NCBI GenBank assembly: GCA_039586555.1 | Contig: JBDHKE010000013.1 | Span: forward strand, 3,781 to 67,780 | Direction of reading: 5' to 3' | DNA: 64,000 bases | From: Gemmatimonadota bacterium | GTDB lineage: Bacteria; Gemmatimonadota; Gemmatimonadetes; Longimicrobiales; Gaopeijiaceae | In this document: piece after piece, positions 61,543 through 64,000 of the stretch | How the letters are laid out: every line of letters begins with the position of its first letter | Numbering within the stretch: position 1 is the first letter of the stretch | Position numbers and translations under genes: made by a program | The notes under the pieces: generated by a model | Told to the model about the DNA's origin: nothing | Databases searched by the model: none | Seen by the model: the letters and a program-made list of their open reading frames with translations, nothing else

Positions 61543-61624
61543 GAAGACTCCATCTTCAGTTCTTCGATGCCCACCCCTGAGGGCACGTCAAAAGTAGGCT
61601 TTTGGCGAGAATTATGCCAGCTTG

Positions 61625-62701
61625 TCAGCCCCCTGAAAGCTGCGCCATTCCTTCGGCGAGGGCCTCCAAAGTGCGCATGATACCTTGCCGATTCACATCC
61701 AGGTGAGTGACGGCCCTGAGGCGGCCCGGGGCGAATCTCAGCATCAGAATTCTGCGCATCTCCAGAAAACCCAGCACCTGTTCAGGGCCAACGCCTGGAG
61801 CGGTCACGTCAATGAGGACTACGTTCGTCTCCGGAGGCACGGTCCGCAACCCCGGGATGCCTTCGATTCCCTTCGCCAGATCCCGCGCATTTTCGTGATC
61901 CTCCGTGAGCCGACCGAGGTGCTTCGAGAGTGCGAAGAGCCCCGCGGCCGCCAGGATACCGGACTGCCTCATGGCACCTCCCAGGCGGCGGCGCACCCTC
62001 CAGGCGGACTCCATGGCTACGGCATCGCCGGCCAGCATCGATCCCACAGGTGCACCCAGACCTTTGGAAAGGGCGACCATCACCGTGTCTGCGGTGGAGG
62101 CGTAGTCGGCCGGTGAGATCCCGCTCTCGGCGCACGCGTTCCAGAGACGAGCGCCGTCGAGATGCACGCGAAGGTCACGCGCGTCGGCCAGGTCCCGGAT
62201 TCCCCGGGCCACCTCCAGCGGCATGACCCTGCCCCCGGACGCCAGGTGCGTGTTCTCCACGCAGACCACCGAGCTGACCGGTAGGTACCTGGAGCGCGGG
62301 CGCACCGTTCGCTCGATCATCTCGGGCGTCAGAAGGCCCTCCTGAGCCGCCACGGGCCGCAGCTGGAGACCGCTCAAGGCCGCCGCTGCCGCGTCCTCGA
62401 AGTTGAAGATGTGAGCGCCCGCCTCCAGGAGCACCTCCGTCCCGGGGCGGGCGAGTACCGCCAGGGCCGTCTGATTGGCCATGATACCGCTGGGAAAGAA
62501 CAGCGCCCGCTCCTTGCCCAGGATCTCGGCGACACGTTCCTCCAGGCGCCGCGTCGTAGGGTCGTCTCCGAGCTGGTCGTCTCCCACACGAGCCGAAGCG
62601 ATTGCCTCCCGCATCTCCGGCGTCGGACGGGTGACGGTGTCACTTCGAAGATCGACGATGCTGTCCGTGGTCAGGATCCCCCTCCGGGTCTCGGGTCCCA
62701 G
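61625..62701 (-). CDS. ltaE: Low-specificity L-threonine aldolase
   Basis: PLP-dependent aldolase core. The conserved N-terminus ...IVDLRSDTVTRPTPEMREAIA lies upstream of the track's ATG. The frame is open back to a TAG at about 62713; GGAGAGAG then CTG at 62701 is a possible non-canonical start. Confidence 0.78.
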   Translation of the reverse strand: MGPETRRGILTTDSIVDLRSDTVTRPTPEMREAIASARVGDDQLGDDPTTRRLEERVAEILGKERALFFPSGIMANQTALAVLARPGTEVLLEAGAHIFNFEDAAAAALSGLQLRPVAAQEGLLTPEMIERTVRPRSRYLPVSSVVCVENTHLASGGRVMPLEVARGIRDLADARDLRVHLDGARLWNACAESGISPADYASTADTVMVALSKGLGAPVGSMLAGDAVAMESAWRVRRRLGGAMRQSGILAAAGLFALSKHLGRLTEDHENARDLAKGIEGIPGLRTVPPETNVVLIDVTAPGVGPEQVLGFLEMRRILMLRFAPGRLRAVTHLDVNRQGIMRTLEALAEGMAQLSGG

Positions 62702-62710
62702 CGCTCTCTC

Positions 62711-62935
62711 CTACAGGTCCTGGTCCCGCTCGAGCCGACCCAGGCGACGGGCGATGGACACCACCCAACCCATGACCAGGAGCCATGCCAGCGCATAGGC
62801 AATGAACACGTGCCAATAGGGGCGCAGGGATTGGCGGCTCAGGGCTTGCGCGACCTCCTCGGCCGACTGCGCCGACACCGTCGTGGCCAGGGCCAAGCCG
62901 GCAAGCAGGCCCAGCACGATCAGAGATGTCTTCAC
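62711..62935 (-). CDS. Small membrane protein, candidate CcmD-like heme exporter subunit
   Basis: 74 aa starting at a GTG overlapping the ccmC stop (GTGA), with a C-terminal TM helix (HVFIAYALAWLLVMGWVVSIA) then RRLGRLERDQDL, as in CcmD. Confidence 0.4.
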   Translation of the reverse strand: MKTSLIVLGLLAGLALATTVSAQSAEEVAQALSRQSLRPYWHVFIAYALAWLLVMGWVVSIARRLGRLERDQDL

Positions 62936-63651
62936 GAAGCGACTCCTTGTGGCTGGGGCTCCTGGCCCGCCGGTGTCCGGCCCACCGCCCTCGCATGGGT
63001 CAGGCGCTCCAGTCCATACCGATACATGAACAGAGAGAGGAAGAGAAGAGTGAACGCGCCGAGCCCCGTGAACAAGGTGGTGAGCATACCGGGATCGAGC
63101 GTTGGTCCCTCGGGCTTGAGCACGACGGCCCCCGGGTGCTGGGAGCGGAACCACGCCACGCTCAGGTGAATCAAGGGGATGTCCAAGACACCCACGACGC
63201 CCACCACGGCGGCGAATTTCTTGCCTTTCTGGGGATTCTCCGTGGACCTGCGCACCAGGAAGTATCCGAGATAGATGAACCAGAGCAGCAGGGTGAGTGT
63301 CAGACGGGGCTCCCAGACCCACCAGGCCCCCCACGCGATCTTCCCCCAGAAGGGCCCCGTGACCAGGACGATGGTGGTGAAGAGCATCCCACCTTCCGCA
63401 GCCGAGACCGCCGCCGCGTCCACGCGCTCGTCCTCGAGCCACAGGTAGACCACACTACAGACGGCGACGATTCCGAAGGCGAAGAACGCCACCCAGGCCG
63501 AGGGTACGTGGATGTAGAAGATGCGCTGAACGACGCCCATGGATCGCTCGGTGGAGACCCAGAAGAACACGAGCCAGTGAACCACGAGAACCAGACCGAC
63601 TCCCAGGATACCAGCCGCCAGCGCCGTTCCACGGAGCTTCCCTGTCATCAC
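62932..63651 (-). CDS. ccmC: Heme exporter protein CcmC
   Basis: WWD-domain signature WGAWWVWEPRLT and 6 transmembrane helices. Confidence 0.85.
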   Translation of the reverse strand: MMTGKLRGTALAAGILGVGLVLVVHWLVFFWVSTERSMGVVQRIFYIHVPSAWVAFFAFGIVAVCSVVYLWLEDERVDAAAVSAAEGGMLFTTIVLVTGPFWGKIAWGAWWVWEPRLTLTLLLWFIYLGYFLVRRSTENPQKGKKFAAVVGVVGVLDIPLIHLSVAWFRSQHPGAVVLKPEGPTLDPGMLTTLFTGLGAFTLLFLSLFMYRYGLERLTHARAVGRTPAGQEPQPQGVAS

Positions 63652-64000
63652 TCCTCCACCACGAAACGAAAGAGAATCGCCCCAGCGGCCAGGGCTACGA
63701 GGGCGAAGGCCCCTAACATTCGGATGTTCCCCGCAATCTCCGCAATGGGCCGGCCTGCAAAAATGCGGGCGGTCCCGCTGACCCCGTAGATCACGACCGG
63801 AACCAGAACGGGAAAGACCAGGATCGGCAGGAGCGTCTCTCCCATCGAGGTTCTGCTGGATACCGCGCTGAAGAGGGTCGAGACGGCGACGAAACCGAGC
63901 GTGCCCAACAACACCACCATCACGAGAGGGAGAGGATCGCCGCCAAAATGAAGTCCGAAGAAGAGCCAGAACACGAAGAAGGTCAGGATCACCACCACCA
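63648..64000 (-). CDS. ccmB: Heme exporter protein CcmB (C-terminal part; gene continues beyond window)
   Basis: Hydrophobic CcmB C-terminus ending ...FRFVVEE; 4-nt overlap with the ccmC start. Confidence 0.75.
   Translation of the reverse strand, partial: VVVILTFFVFWLFFGLHFGGDPLPLVMVVLLGTLGFVAVSTLFSAVSSRTSMGETLLPILVFPVLVPVVIYGVSGTARIFAGRPIAEIAGNIRMLGAFALVALAAGAILFRFVVEE

Overview
High-GC (about 67%) bacterial chromosomal segment carrying core housekeeping genes. I found no transposase, integrase, phage gene or CRISPR array.

The six-frame ORF track is dominated by GC-driven spurious ORFs. By reading the translations I can support about 60 genes, most on the minus strand in long co-directional arrays with many 1-4 bp stop/start overlaps.

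Recognisable content:
- dnaJ-grpE, cinA-pgsA and an mglA-like Ras-type GTPase with no mglB partner.
- recR-ybaB-dnaX with an SRP RNA (ffs) in the dnaX leader.
- A K+ channel with two RCK domains.
- A MarR-like regulator followed by LolD-like ABC ATPase, two FtsX permeases, a LolA-like protein and a beta-barrel outer membrane protein.
- DAHP synthase, an MBL-fold hydrolase, a catalytically dead subtilase with a T9SS-type C-terminal domain, and smc preceded by a degenerate ParA/MinD-like membrane protein.
- rsfS, rplI, a DUF2232 membrane protein and an apparent in-frame rpsF-rpsR (S6-S18) fusion.
- ychF; an NfeD-flotillin pair; H+-pyrophosphatase; pth-rplY-prs; tRNA-Gln.
- ispE, pdxJ, hflX, rarA, cca, gmhA and a CpsB-like phosphatase.
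- alaS, apparently disrupted by a frameshift or internal deletion, then recA.
- A plus-strand three-gene module: FAD disulfide oxidoreductase, a DedA-DUF547 fusion and a GT2-DUF2064 fusion.
- Threonine aldolase and the 3' end of a ccmBCD cluster.

The candidates I rank highest are the ParA-like/smc coupling, the oxidoreductase/DedA-DUF547/GT2-DUF2064 module, the pseudo-subtilase, the S6-S18 fusion and the alaS lesion. All calls rest on motif-level reading of the translations; none is database-verified.
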